From: Octopus vulgaris | Taxonomy: Eukaryota | DNA: 64,000 nt | Reading direction: 5' to 3' | Assembly (NCBI GenBank): GCA_951406725.2 | Contig: OX597823.1 | Span: 10,788,001 to 10,852,000, forward strand | Shown here: piece after piece, positions 1-12,061 of the stretch | How the letters are laid out: every line of letters begins with the position of its first letter | Position numbering within the stretch: position 1 is the stretch's first letter | The notes under the pieces: model-generated | Told to the model about the DNA's origin: nothing | Seen by the model: only the letters and a program-made list of their open reading frames with translations | The model's database searches: none | Made by a program: the position numbers and the translations under genes

Positions 1-690
1 ACTGAATGGCGGTTTTTATTTGTTTTAATTAAATTTCCTGATGGAAACAAATGAATACAATTTGTACGAGTTTAATTACATCATGATTCACGCATGGAAT
101 AATTTCAGTTGAAGATATTCAAAAGCGTCACAGTTCTGCAACAGCAACTGAAGAATTGCTCAAATGGAACATCTTTCTATAAAACGCACAATTATTCCAA
201 TATTTGCTGCTGCAGCAATTTTCTATCATCAATTCCCATCTGGAGCCATATTATTTTCGTCCAACGTTGTTCGCTATTAATTTCTGAACTACACGCCTAC
301 GTTAATCACTCCCTCCTCTTCCTCTCACTCTTATTGTTTGTTGTAATTTAGTGTTCTTTATTTCATTCCTTATTATGTTTGTTTAGATTCTATTCAACAG
401 TTTTTAAGTACTGATGTTTTTTTTGCTAATCAACTTAGAAATAAATGATTTTTATGTACACTGTCAATCGACAGCTTTCATTAAGTCTTTCTGTTGTTTT
501 TTTTGTTTTTTTTAGCAGTAACTAAATGCCAGACGGAAGGCTTTCAATGAATTCGCTAAGTGATCAAGTAAGCGAACACTGTTACCTCAGTTCAGCATTA
601 TGTCAGTACACGAGACACCTCATCGATCTACGAGTGCGACTAGTACACAAGTATACGTGTACTAAATATTTAATCGTTCTACTCCTTTTA

Positions 691-824
691 TCATCATCAC
701 CATCATCATCATCATCATCACCATCATCATCATCCTCATCATCATCATCATCACCATCACCATCACCATCACCATCATCATCATCATCATCATCATCTCC
801 ATCATCACCATCATCATCATCACT

Positions 825-897
<73 letters not shown>

Positions 898-916
898 CCA
901 TCATCACCATCATCAC

Positions 917-951
<35 letters not shown>

Positions 952-965
952 CCACCACCACCACC

Positions 966-1011
<46 letters not shown>

Positions 1012-1025
1012 CCACCACCACCACC

Positions 1026-1059
<34 letters not shown>

Positions 1060-1063
1060 TCAT

Positions 1064-1162
<99 letters not shown>

Positions 1163-1194
1163 TATATATATATTATTATTGCGGCCGTCGTCAT

Positions 1195-1230
<36 letters not shown>
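691..1230. repeat. (CAT)n/(CAC)n trinucleotide microsatellite
   Basis: Near-continuous CAT/CAC triplets; explains the poly-Ser/Pro/His/Met ORFs. Confidence 0.97.
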
Positions 1231-1233
<3 letters not shown>

Positions 1234-1795
1234 TCTTGCTGCTGTCACGAAATTGATTTTATTCAACTGTATTTCAATACACGAGAATGAATATAAATGA
1301 AGACATGCCATTTGTTGTGCATTATGGTGAATATAATTTAGAACGCATTTAACTGTGTGACAAATTCTCATAGAGTCAACACACAGCGGAAGTTAACTAC
1401 AAAGAACGGCTTATTTCGTAAACTCTCCTCTTGCGAATGTAAACATTGGACACTCAAAGTCGAGTAGCTTTTTGTAAAGCGTTGAATAAAAAGGTCCCAA
1501 AAAGTTGCATTCAAGGCGACTTTCTACTTGACCTGAAATATATTATGCGCTATGATATAGCTATAGTTTTTATTAACTAATAATTGAAATAGGAAAAGAA
1601 ATAAATTATGACCACGTATTTCTACAGTAATTATCTTATGTAATAACCTCAGGGCACATAATTGACAGGCTTCTAATGAATTGCATTATATTATAGATTA
1701 TATTAAATGAACTACATGAGAGTCTATAGTAATTTGTAACTGATAATGCTTTAACTTGTATGGAAATAAATACATAAACAGCTTCTGTTTAATGG

Positions 1796-2320
<525 letters not shown>

Positions 2321-2327
2321 GATATAG

Positions 2328-2503
2328 GTGAGGTGGCAGAAACGCTAGCGGTTTTTCGTCCGTCTTTATGTTCTGAGTTCAAATTCCGGCGAGGTCGATT
2401 TGCTTTTCATCCTTTCGGTGTCGACAAATTAATTATTGGAATCGATCTAATCGACTGGACCTCTCCCCCAAATTTTGGGCCTTGTGCCTAGAGTAGAAAA
2501 GAA
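2328..2503 (+). mobile_element. tRNA-derived SINE type A, degenerate, tail variant 2 (cccccaaattt...gcctagagtagaaaagaat)
   Basis: A-box-like tggcagaaacg, B-box gagttcaaattc; aligns with many other copies in the window. Confidence 0.85.
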
Positions 2504-2546
2504 TATGTATATATTTATGTCTCTATATATATATATATATATACAC

Positions 2547-2694
2547 ATCAAAATAAGCAACAAGGATATCCAGAGGTAATACAGTTCGATTGTTTCATAC
2601 AACTCTATTTAATTGAACAATTGTTGAATTAAATGGAGTTGCATGAAACGATCGTACTGCATAACCTCTAGCTATCCTTGTTGCTTATTTTGAT
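2547..2694. repeat. Imperfect palindrome (~70-bp arms), probable inverted Penelope-like fragment
   Basis: atcaaaataagcaacaaggata... versus ...tatccttgttgcttattttgat; similar to 47432-47480; abuts (TA)n. Confidence 0.75.
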
Positions 2695-3006
2695 TTTAAT
2701 TACCTTACTTTGAAATTGTATGGGTAATACAGTAACCTCAACTTAAGTACCATATTCATCTGAATCCTAATTTTTGCTGAACTCATTTACCATGCCCAAA
2801 GAATATATATATATATATATATATATTTACACACATACATATATATGTATTATATATTTATACATACATACATACATTGTACTATGCAACACACTCGTGC
2901 TCAGGCCAATAAGGAAAAACTTCGATCCCGAATCTGTCGCTGGAGAGAAATATTTCTTATAGACGCGTGAAAACTGTCCAATGTCATATGAACGACACCA
3001 TCAGAC

Positions 3007-3049
3007 TGTAAGACACGTGTTTCTGCGGCGTTACGCCTCATCAGCTACA
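3007..3049 (-). ncRNA. Minimal type I hammerhead-ribozyme-like motif (PLE type) with a 3-nt insertion
   Basis: Minus strand: TGTAG-CTGATGA-GGCG TAA CGCC-gca-GAAAC-ACGT-GTC-TTACA. Stem I pairs, loop III is palindromic. Confidence 0.65.
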
Positions 3050-3630
3050 AATACCGAATCCACCTTTTATAGCCATTAAAAACTGCCCTTCTTAAATATA
3101 AGACAACAACAAAAAAGATATATTTACTGATGTGAGCAAAATTTTTACAGACTGGAATTAATTATTCAAATAAAGACACACTATATAGCTATGATTAAAT
3201 TGAAGGCGTGTGCAGTTATATTAAACACGCTGGTGTGTTTTTCCTGTGTATTGTCTACATGGATAATTTTCTCCACAGACAGTCTCTGTACCGAAGGTAT
3301 TTCACATATGAATGCGCTCGCATGTGCTTCATATAACTACACTCACCTACATTTTAATCATCTCTGCTTAGTGTATATATACATGTGTATTTGAGCGACT
3401 ATGTGCACACATACATATAACTGCATGTGTGTGTGTGCGTGTGAATGTGTGTGTACCTGTGAGTGTTTGCGTGTGTGTAGAATGTAGAGATTTATTTTAA
3501 AGAATTTTACGAATAACTCGACAGAATATTTACTGAGTGGAGGAAAAAATCAATAAAAATGACTGAAATTTATAAAATTCGTTTTCATTCACGGTCCCTA
3601 GAAAGGATTGGTTTAAAAACGAATTTTATT

Positions 3631-3638
3631 CACACTCA

Positions 3639-3710
<72 letters not shown>
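3631..3710. repeat. (CA)n microsatellite
   Basis: Directly visible. Confidence 0.95.
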
Positions 3711-3715
<5 letters not shown>

Positions 3716-3962
3716 AAGCGAAGACATTCACTGTTAAGGAATGGAATCAATGTTAAAAACTTAATAGTATCATATATATTACTAAGTCTCTCTAAAGGAG
3801 ATTACGGCAGCGTTACTGGATATTAATAGTTATCGCCATACTAATATGGCAGTCTATAAATATAAGACTAAAGCTGTCGCTGATTAGCTCCAAGAGGCCA
3901 CCGCCTCTAGTTAGCTATATGACACACGAACCTGCGTCCATTACAACCTTCGAACAGGGGAG

Positions 3963-4057
3963 GTGTCGACAAATTAATTACCATTTGCGTACTGGAGCCG
4001 ATCTAATCGACTGGACCCTTCCCCACATTTCGGGCCTTGTACCTAGAGTAGAAAAGA
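3963..4057 (+). mobile_element. SINE type A 3' fragment
   Basis: gtcgacaaattaattacc...cctagagtagaaaagaat. Confidence 0.8.
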
Positions 4058-4082
4058 ATATATATATATATATATACATATA

Positions 4083-4248
4083 TACGACGGGCTTCTTTCA
4101 GTTTCCGTCTACCAAATCCACTCACAAGGCTTTGGTCGGCCCGCGGCTATAGTAGAAGACACTTGCCCAAGGTGCCACGCAGTGGGACTGAACCCGGAAC
4201 CATGTAGTAGGTAGACAAGCTACTTACCACACAGCCACTCCTGTGCCT
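4083..4248 (-). mobile_element. SINE type B, 5' half (tRNA head plus CORE-like segment)
   Basis: Reverse complement of caggagtggctgtgtggtaag...ggttcagtccc...accttgggcaagtgtctt...gaagcccgtcg(ta)n. Confidence 0.9.
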
Positions 4249-4258
4249 ATATATATAT

Positions 4259-5276
4259 ATAGTGTAATAAATAAAATATATGCGTACATACAAACATATA
4301 TGTACATACCTACATCTACATGTATATATACATGCATATATAAATATATACACGTACAGGACACCACAAGAAGACGTAAAAATCAACAGAAACGAAAACG
4401 GAAAAGCCATCCTGTTACAACAGAAGGACAGAGACGTGGAACAAGACGAAAACGAAAACGGGAAAAACAATTAGGTACAGCAGAAAAACGAAGTACAGGA
4501 CATGCCGCACAAGGAAAAATCCCCTTCATCAGCTGTCACTAGCAGACACAGCGTGCCTCGAAGGCAAGACAGAACACGTCTGCCATGCTAGACCTTCCTA
4601 CGAGAGAATCAAAATAAAATAACCCCGCAGAGGGGTAAAACGAGCAAGAAAAAATGTAACACAAAAAGGGATGTAACAAAGAACTGCACAAAAAAACAAG
4701 AAAAAAATACAAAATTAAAGATACATGTACAAGAAAATACAAAACGAGAATCAAATTACAATACGAGAAATCAAAACAAACAAGTGAACAAACGAAAAAG
4801 ACGAACGAATGCCTTTGTTCTGGCGGGGACGAGAAGGTAACTGGCGAGCGCTGGGAAACATGACCTTAGGGCCTGAATGCAACAGGCAAAAGGATCTGCA
4901 GTGACGAAAGTGAGGAGGAGTGGGAGAGAGAGAGAGAGACAGATAGAGGAAGACACAGACTAGAGAGAAGGGTGAGGCAGAGAGAGAAAGAGAGAGGGGA
5001 AGGCAAAGCAAAGGGAGAGAATTTCGCATCATTGTAGTAAGCGGTAAAACAAACTGGGAGGAAAGAGACGGAACGAAGTGAGAATTCGAAAAATCGAAAA
5101 TTCAAACGAATCCGACGCGAAGCGCTGTCAGACAATAGCGTAATAAATAAAAAATATGGATACATACAAACATATATGTACGTACCGACATCTACATGTA
5201 TATATACATGCATATATAAATATATATACGTACACGACACCACAAAAATCAACAGAAACGAAAACGGAAAAGCCAT

Positions 5277-5279
<3 letters not shown>
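4259..5279 (-). mobile_element. ~1-kb non-coding element with ~150-bp terminal direct repeats (Penelope-like partial tandem)
   Basis: 4259-4413 repeated at 5135-5279; flanked by (TA)n; related sequence on the opposite strand at 9370-9590; CTGATGAAGGGG on the minus strand. Confidence 0.6.
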
Positions 5280-5328
<49 letters not shown>

Positions 5329-5916
5329 GTGTGTGTGTGTATATATATATGTATGTATGTATGTATATGTGTGTATACATATACATACATATTAGAACGA
5401 ATACATGTATGTGTGTGCGAGTGAGTGCATCTATTGCGTGTGAGTGGATATATTGCAGAAATAATATGCATGTTACGTGAGTCTATCCGAGCGTCGCGCT
5501 AACTTCACGTGTTTAGAAACAATTTTTCTTCAAGAAAATAAATGGAAAATTTTGGAATATTATGATCGTCCATTTATGTTGTTTTCTATTGCCTCTACAG
5601 CACTAATCTTTCAGTTGGGAATGTATAAATTATTGAAGAAATTTGATTATACGTTTCCATATAATGTAGTATAAGAAATCCGTACAAAGATATGGAGAAT
5701 ATGAAAAACTGCCCTGCGAATGAAATGGTGTGTGATGCAGTTAATTAATTAATATTCATACAAAGTTAATTTATATTGACTAATTTTTATATTAATATTT
5801 CTTCTATATTATTTATTATACACAAAACTGAGGAAATGAATTCCGCACGTTATGAATTATAACATCGTAACCTTGAAGAAGGTTAAAAGAACAAGACATA
5901 ATATATTTAAATGTTC

Positions 5917-5919
<3 letters not shown>

Positions 5920-6001
<82 letters not shown>

Positions 6002-6104
6002 TTGTGTGTATGTGTGTGTGTGTTTGTGTGTGTGTGATTGTGTGTGTGTGTGTGTGTGTGCATGTGTGTGTGTTTGTGTGTGTGTGTGTTTGTGTGTGTG
6101 TGTT

Positions 6105-6135
<31 letters not shown>

Positions 6136-6170
6136 TTGTGTGTGTGTATGTGTGTGCATGTGTGTGTGTT

Positions 6171-6252
<82 letters not shown>

Positions 6253-6262
6253 TGTGTGTGTA

Positions 6263-6336
<74 letters not shown>

Positions 6337-6359
6337 TGTGTGTGTGTTTTTTTGTGTGT

Positions 6360-6422
<63 letters not shown>
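5920..6422. repeat. (TG)n microsatellite
   Basis: Directly visible. Confidence 0.97.
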
Positions 6423-6425
<3 letters not shown>

Positions 6426-6848
6426 ACCATCTTTTAAATATCTTTAAACAGAAACTGTTTCCTTTCCATGTTCCAAATTTAATATTTTTTAAGCATCTTT
6501 TTTTTTACCCCATTGTTATTATTAGACTTTTGCTGATTTCTTTGGAACAAACATCGACATTTCAAACCAGCCATATTTCAACCAACCATCCCATTTCATG
6601 ATAAAGTAAGATGGTTGCTGGTTGATTTATTGGTTGTTTCATGTCAGCCAAAACTTAACATGCTTTTGATCAAAATTATTTCAGACGTGATAAACGTCTA
6701 TTCTATATTTATTTTATTTCGGTTGAAGATTAATACACCTAGAACTGCATTACCAAATATCTTCTGTTTTGAGACAATGGGGGTACAGTTTGAATAGGAT
6801 TTAGCATTTATTTCTAGCAGGCCGATTCCCCACATAAAAACTCCACAT

Positions 6849-6918
6849 ATGGCGGTGCCCCAGCATGGCCACAGCTCGTGAGCTGAAACTAGATAAAATA
6901 AAATAAAAAATAAAAAAA
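6849..6918 (+). mobile_element. Solo LINE/SINE 3'-end fragment with (TAAAA)n tail
   Basis: ggcggtgccccagcatggccacagctcgtgagctgaaactaga; second copy at 56691-56751 (-); similar to the SINE-B tail. Confidence 0.7.
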
Positions 6919-6923
6919 ATATC

Positions 6924-7518
6924 TATTTCTTTCCTGCCCACAAGGGGCTAAACATAGAGGGGACAAACAAGGACAGACAAAGGGATTAAGTCAATTACAT
7001 CGACCCCAGTGCGAAACTGGTATTTTATTTATCAACCCCGAAAGGATGAAAGGCAAAGTCGACCTCGGCGGAATTTGAACTCAGAACGTAACAACAGACG
7101 AAATACCTATTTCTTTATTACCCACAAGGGGCTAAACATAGAAGGGACAAAGACAAACATAGGTATTAAGTCGATTACATCGACCCCAGTGCGAAACTGG
7201 TATTTTATTTATCAACCCCGAAAGGATGAAAGGCAAAGTCGACCTCGGCGGAATTTGAACTCAGAACGTAACAACAGACGAAATACCTATTTCTTTACTA
7301 CCCACAAGGGGCTAAACACAGAGAGGACAAACAAGTACAGACATAGGTATTAAGTCGATTACATCGACTCCAGTGCGAAACTGGTATTTTATTTATCAAC
7401 CCCGAAAGGATGAAAGGCAAAGTCGACCTCGGCGGAATTTGAACTGAGAACGTAACGGCAGACGAAACACGGCTACGCATTTCGCCCGGCGCGCTAACAT
7501 TTCTGCGAGCTCGCCGCC
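6924..7518 (-). mobile_element. SINE type A trimer (one full unit plus two headless ~181-bp units)
   Basis: Three near-identical units; plus-strand junction gacgaaatacc|tatttcttt. Confidence 0.9.
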
Positions 7519-8010
7519 CTATAGAAATTCTATATATCACCTCTAGATGATTCTGTAAAGTCCTGCACGAGATTTCCATTTTCTTCTTGTAAAATTCGTG
7601 GAAAGCAAGTGATAAATTTGTTAAAGTTTGAGCACTTGTGGGACACACGGCCTGTTTCGAACACAGGGCGTTTTATCTTCATCTCCCTTATGAATCACCC
7701 ACAATCGCTATTTTGGCTATTTTCATTACACTTTCAAAGGTACACATCATGATGTGGTGCGACCGTGTAATAATAGCTGAATTAACCTTGATGGAGAATG
7801 TTTTTTTCTTCTACATGTAACTTAGCTCAAATCCTCTTAAGATGCTTATTTAATCTCTGCTGACAGCCTAATTTATTTCTCTGATGCTTCTAAAGTAATC
7901 TAACCCAACCTTTCACACCGAAACAATCTTTATTATTGACTGATATGATGTTAATATTTCTATTACCATTGTCACAACGGTTATTGACACTACTTGTGTG
8001 GTGGTTGTCT

Positions 8011-8055
8011 ATACATACATACAAACATACATACATACATGCATACATACATACA

Positions 8056-8089
<34 letters not shown>

Positions 8090-8158
8090 CATACATACAT
8101 ACATACGTACGTACGTACGTATGTATGTATGTATGTATGTATGCATATATGTATGTAT
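8011..8158. repeat. (CATA)n-(CGTA)n-(TATG)n self-complementary microsatellite
   Basis: Directly visible. Confidence 0.9.
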
Positions 8159-8167
8159 GAATGTATA

Positions 8168-8378
8168 TAAAGTTAATCCAAACAAGAAAGCACAAAAAAA
8201 CACAACAACGCGAGAACGTGGAACAAATATAATATTATTGGACGCTCAGGAAAGAAGGAAAGAAGGAGGACTTAACGTTTGGAGCGGAGCTCTTCGTCGG
8301 AAACATAGGAGAAGGAAAGATCCAGAGAAGGGAAGACAGAGGGAAAAAAATCGCCAACGGTACACATGAGGTCACATG
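8168..8378 (-). mobile_element. Penelope-like non-coding fragment with a degenerate HHR motif (8271-8303)
   Basis: Minus strand: TTT-CCGACGA-A-GAGC TCC GCTC-CAAAC-GTT-AAG. Layout like the 21250 family; embedded in microsatellites. Confidence 0.55.
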
Positions 8379-8691
8379 TACATATGTATGTATGTATGTG
8401 TGTATGTATGTATGTATATATGTATGTATATATATATATATATATATATACAAGATAAGAAAATGAAGAAATACATCTAAATCAAATATCAATTACCAGA
8501 TAATACTCAATCACATACTTTATTAAACCACCACACAAGAGACTGTAGGGTTAATTATAAAAAGCAGAACAAATCAGTGTACATAAAGGAATGTATATAA
8601 AAAAGTGTACATAAAAGAGTAATGTTGTATAATGAGTAGAATATATATAAAAGAGAATATAAATATAAGTAAATATAAATATAAGTATAGA

Positions 8692-8812
8692 TTACATCTT
8701 ACAGCTGTTTCGGCCATGTTGATAAGTATGTCTCATTTTACCAATATTAGCCCTTTATGGTTGGTCGAGACATTTACAAAAATATCATAAGGCCTCTTCG
8801 GAGATTATGTAA
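8692..8812 (-). ncRNA. Type I hammerhead-like motif with a long stem II insertion and a U4C core
   Basis: Minus strand: TTACATAATCT-CCGAAGA-GGCC...(~75 nt, partly paired)...GGCC-GAAAC-AGCT-GTA-AGATGTAA. Confidence 0.7.
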
Positions 8813-8941
8813 TATAACTCAGTCTACATATATACCCACATGTATGTGTGTATGTATATATATATAGTCGCTATGATTCCTGGCTTTCAGCCAGGTGGCC
8901 CGGGTTCGATTCCCTGTTTGAGAACAGCATTATTGATTCTA

Positions 8942-9081
8942 GGCTCAGGAGTGGCTGTGTGGTAAGTAGCTTGCTTATCAACCACTGCGTGGGACCTTCG
9001 GCACGTGTCTTGTACTATAGCCTCGGGTCGACCAAAACCTTGTGAGTAGATTTGGTAGACGGAAACTGAAAGAGGCCCGTC

Positions 9082-9137
<56 letters not shown>

Positions 9138-9340
9138 AATATGGGGGTTGTTCTTCCCTCTGCCATCGCTTCACAACCGATGCTGGTATGTTTATGTCCC
9201 CATCATTTAGTGGTTTGGCCAAAAAACCGATAAAATAAGTGCTAAGGTTACAAGGAATAAGTGCTGGGGTCTAATTGTTCTACTAAATGGCAGCGCTCCA
9301 GCATGGACGTAGTCAAATGAGTGAAGCAAGTAAAAGAATT
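8942..9340 (+). mobile_element. SINE type B with internal (TA)n
   Basis: Head, CORE-like segment, microsatellite, and tail gcgctccagcatgg...aagtaaaaga. Confidence 0.85.
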
Positions 9341-9369
9341 AAACAATGAAAGAATATACATATATATGT

Positions 9370-9585
9370 TTGACTGAAGAAGGGGTTTTTTCTTTGTGCT
9401 AATTGTCCTGTACTCTATTTTTTTGCTGTTTAAAAAATGTCCAGTTCCTTGGGTTTGTGTCTATGTTTTAGTTTCTCATTGTGTTCGACGTCTTTTTGGT
9501 GTCCTGTACTCATATATGCGTGTATATGTACATTTAGAGGTAGGTACGTACATATATGTTTATATATATGCATATGTTTTATTTA

Positions 9586-9590
<5 letters not shown>
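9370..9590 (+). mobile_element. Fragment related to the 4259-5279 element
   Basis: ctgaagaagggg...tgtcctgtact...ggtgtcctgtac...gtaggtacgtacatatatg...ttatttatta(ta)n. Confidence 0.6.
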
Positions 9591-9632
<42 letters not shown>

Positions 9633-9757
9633 GTGTGTGTATGTGTGTGTATGTGTGTGTCTGTGTGTATACATACAGAAAGATTGAATCGAAAGAGAAA
9701 AATAGAGATGCATGGATGGTTAAGTGAAGAGTAATAGAGGAAGGGAAATAACGAACC

Positions 9758-9810
9758 GATAGATAGACAGAGAGACAGACAGACAGATAGAGACATATAT
9801 AGATAGATAA

Positions 9811-9886
<76 letters not shown>

Positions 9887-9908
9887 GTAGGTAGATAGAT
9901 AGATAGAT
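9758..9908. repeat. (GATA)n microsatellite
   Basis: Directly visible. Confidence 0.95.
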
Positions 9909-10626
9909 GGAGAGAAACAGGTAAACAGATATAAATGCCTTAGGATATCTCCAAACGTAATAGCTATTTGTATGATATAATATTAGAGCTGTCACCTATG
10001 TATTTCGTCTGTTAAAAATGTAAGTTTTATAATGCTAACACAAACCATTAGAAAAATACGAAATATCACATGGTTGAGGTCACACTCACACATCAGAAAA
10101 TGTACGGCTGATTAGTCCATGAATACATATCCTAAATCGGAAATAGATATTCTAAAACTAATACTAAGCAGAACTCTCCAACAATTTTGTACATATGATT
10201 ATAAATAGACTTAAATCAACTTCCATACAGCCAAAATAACACAGATTATACGTGATCTATGAATGCGAGCCATATTTTTCTCTTCGGAACATTGAATACA
10301 AACTGAGGTATCTAATTGTCTTTCATGATGACCAGGAATGTTGATTATAGGAAAGCAAATTTGAAGAATTATTCGTGTTTTTGTTGTTGTTTGTTCGGAG
10401 ATCAGTCATGTGTGGACATACCTATGATCAAAGGTGTCGCCGCTATGATCGTACTCTCTCTTTGTATCTGGCATTGCATATCCTGGGACTACATTATATA
10501 AAGTGTAGTTACTGATTTCAAAGCGTTCGAATAACAACTGATTAAAAACCAGCGAATGTTTCAAACAAGCCCAGAACCCAAGTGGAATTCCCATCGTCAG
10601 CTTAGGTATTCATGCAGTACTTGTTT

Positions 10627-10859
10627 GAGGCGGCGAGCCGGCAGAAATGTTAGCACGTCGGGCGAAATGCTCAGTGGTTTTTCGTCTGCCATTACGTTGT
10701 GAGTTCAAATTCCGCCAAGGTCGACTTTGCCTTTCTTCCTTTCGGGGTCGATGAATTAAGTACCAGTTGCGCACTGGAGTCGATGTAATCGACTTAATAC
10801 CTATGTCTGTCCTTGTTTGTCCCCTCTGTGTTTAGCCCCTTGTGGGTAATAAAGAAATA
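10627..10859 (+). mobile_element. Full-length SINE type A monomer with TSD
   Basis: A/B boxes; target-site duplication agtacttgtttgagg at 10616-10630 and 10860-10874. Confidence 0.93.
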
Positions 10860-10962
10860 AGTACTTGTTTGAGGATTTGATCTAAGAATGATGTGTTGAA
10901 GCTGAAAATAATATAGCCATTTATGTATCATACTTAATCCATACACACTGCCTATAGGCCAG

Positions 10963-11147
10963 TATGTATGTATGTATGTATGCATGCATGCATGCATGTA
11001 TGTATGTATGTATGTATGTATGCATGCATGCATGTATGTATGTATGTATGTATGTATGTATGTATGTATGTATGTATGCACGTATGTATGTATGCACGTA
11101 TGTATGTATGTATGTATGTATGTATGTATGTATGTATGTATGTATAT
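10963..11147. repeat. (TATG)n/(CATG)n microsatellite
   Basis: Directly visible. Confidence 0.95.
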
Positions 11148-11168
11148 CATATATGCATATATGTAAAT

Positions 11169-11404
11169 GCATATTCTGTTGTGTCTGGGGAGAGTCATTT
11201 TCTTTTTCTGCCTTATTATGTAACACACTCACCGGTAAAATTCCCACTTTTTTCTTATTTTTATTGTCCTAATATTTTATTGCAAGACGCAACGAAAATT
11301 TTAGGACAATAAAATTATGAAAAAAGTGGAAATTTTACTGGTGAGTGTGTTACATAATAAGGCACAAAAAGAAAATTACTCTTCCCAGGCGCAACAGAAT
11401 ATGC
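11169..11404. repeat. Fold-back palindrome, ~115-bp arms (MITE-like or inverted PLE)
   Basis: gcatattctgttg...ttattgtcctaa versus ttaggacaataa...caacagaatatgc, with almost no spacer. Confidence 0.85.
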
Positions 11405-11670
11405 TTCAACACACGAACTCATATAAAGAATCTTGCAAACCAAATCCAAAAATGAAACGTAAATGCATATATACACAAATATATATATATATGCATGTTC
11501 GTTTGTTATACTATAGTTAGTGTCATTTTTTTCTCTTCTAGCGCAGTCAGGAGTGAGGCTCTTTAGTTGGTCAAACGTCTAAATAAAATGCACAAAACTC
11601 CAATAGACCTGATACACCTGGATCATTGGTGCTTTTGTCGAACATTGTTAATGCGAGACTATATTGTTCA

Positions 11671-12061
11671 TCTATAATATAAATTGGACATGGGCGATTG
11701 TTACATTTTTTCTTGTCTTGAGGTTCACAGCCAAACGGCTGGATGGATTCGCATGAAAAATGGCACACAGGTGGAGACAGGTGCATTGATTGGAATGCAG
11801 TTTGTATTCTTTTCCTAACCCCCATACTTACTGTTTCTAATGGAATTCCCCTCTTTCTTCCGCCATTAAAACAACCAGTTGCTTAGAAGCTGTTTTCTGA
11901 CGGGGTGGGGTCAGGAAATTTTCATATAGTTGGAGGCTCCAATCGAAGCAGGGGACTCGAAATGATAAGGTTGACAAACGCTGTTATAGATTATGCCTAA
12001 GCGAAAACGATCACAGTCACATCATCCAAATAGACCGGGTGAAACCGGGCTTAGCTGTTAG
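11671..12061 (+). mobile_element. Possible old non-autonomous Helitron (different family)
   Basis: a|TCtataatataaa start; end ccgggtgaaaccggg...gttag|t resembles hairpin plus CTAG. Confidence 0.4.

Noticed and set aside
526-1290. 254-aa Ser/Pro/His-rich ORF and similar long ORFs (18464-19870, 5816-6601, 45782-46257, 63172-63970)
   Set aside because: Stop-free translations of microsatellites; no domain signal except the RT fragment annotated separately.
3855-3962. Possible decayed HHR/PLE fragment
   Set aside because: Too many core mismatches to support.
6924-7518. Regularly spaced repeats resembling a CRISPR array (also 25388-25880)
   Set aside because: Units are contiguous with no unique spacers; they are SINE and Helitron tandem units in eukaryotic DNA.
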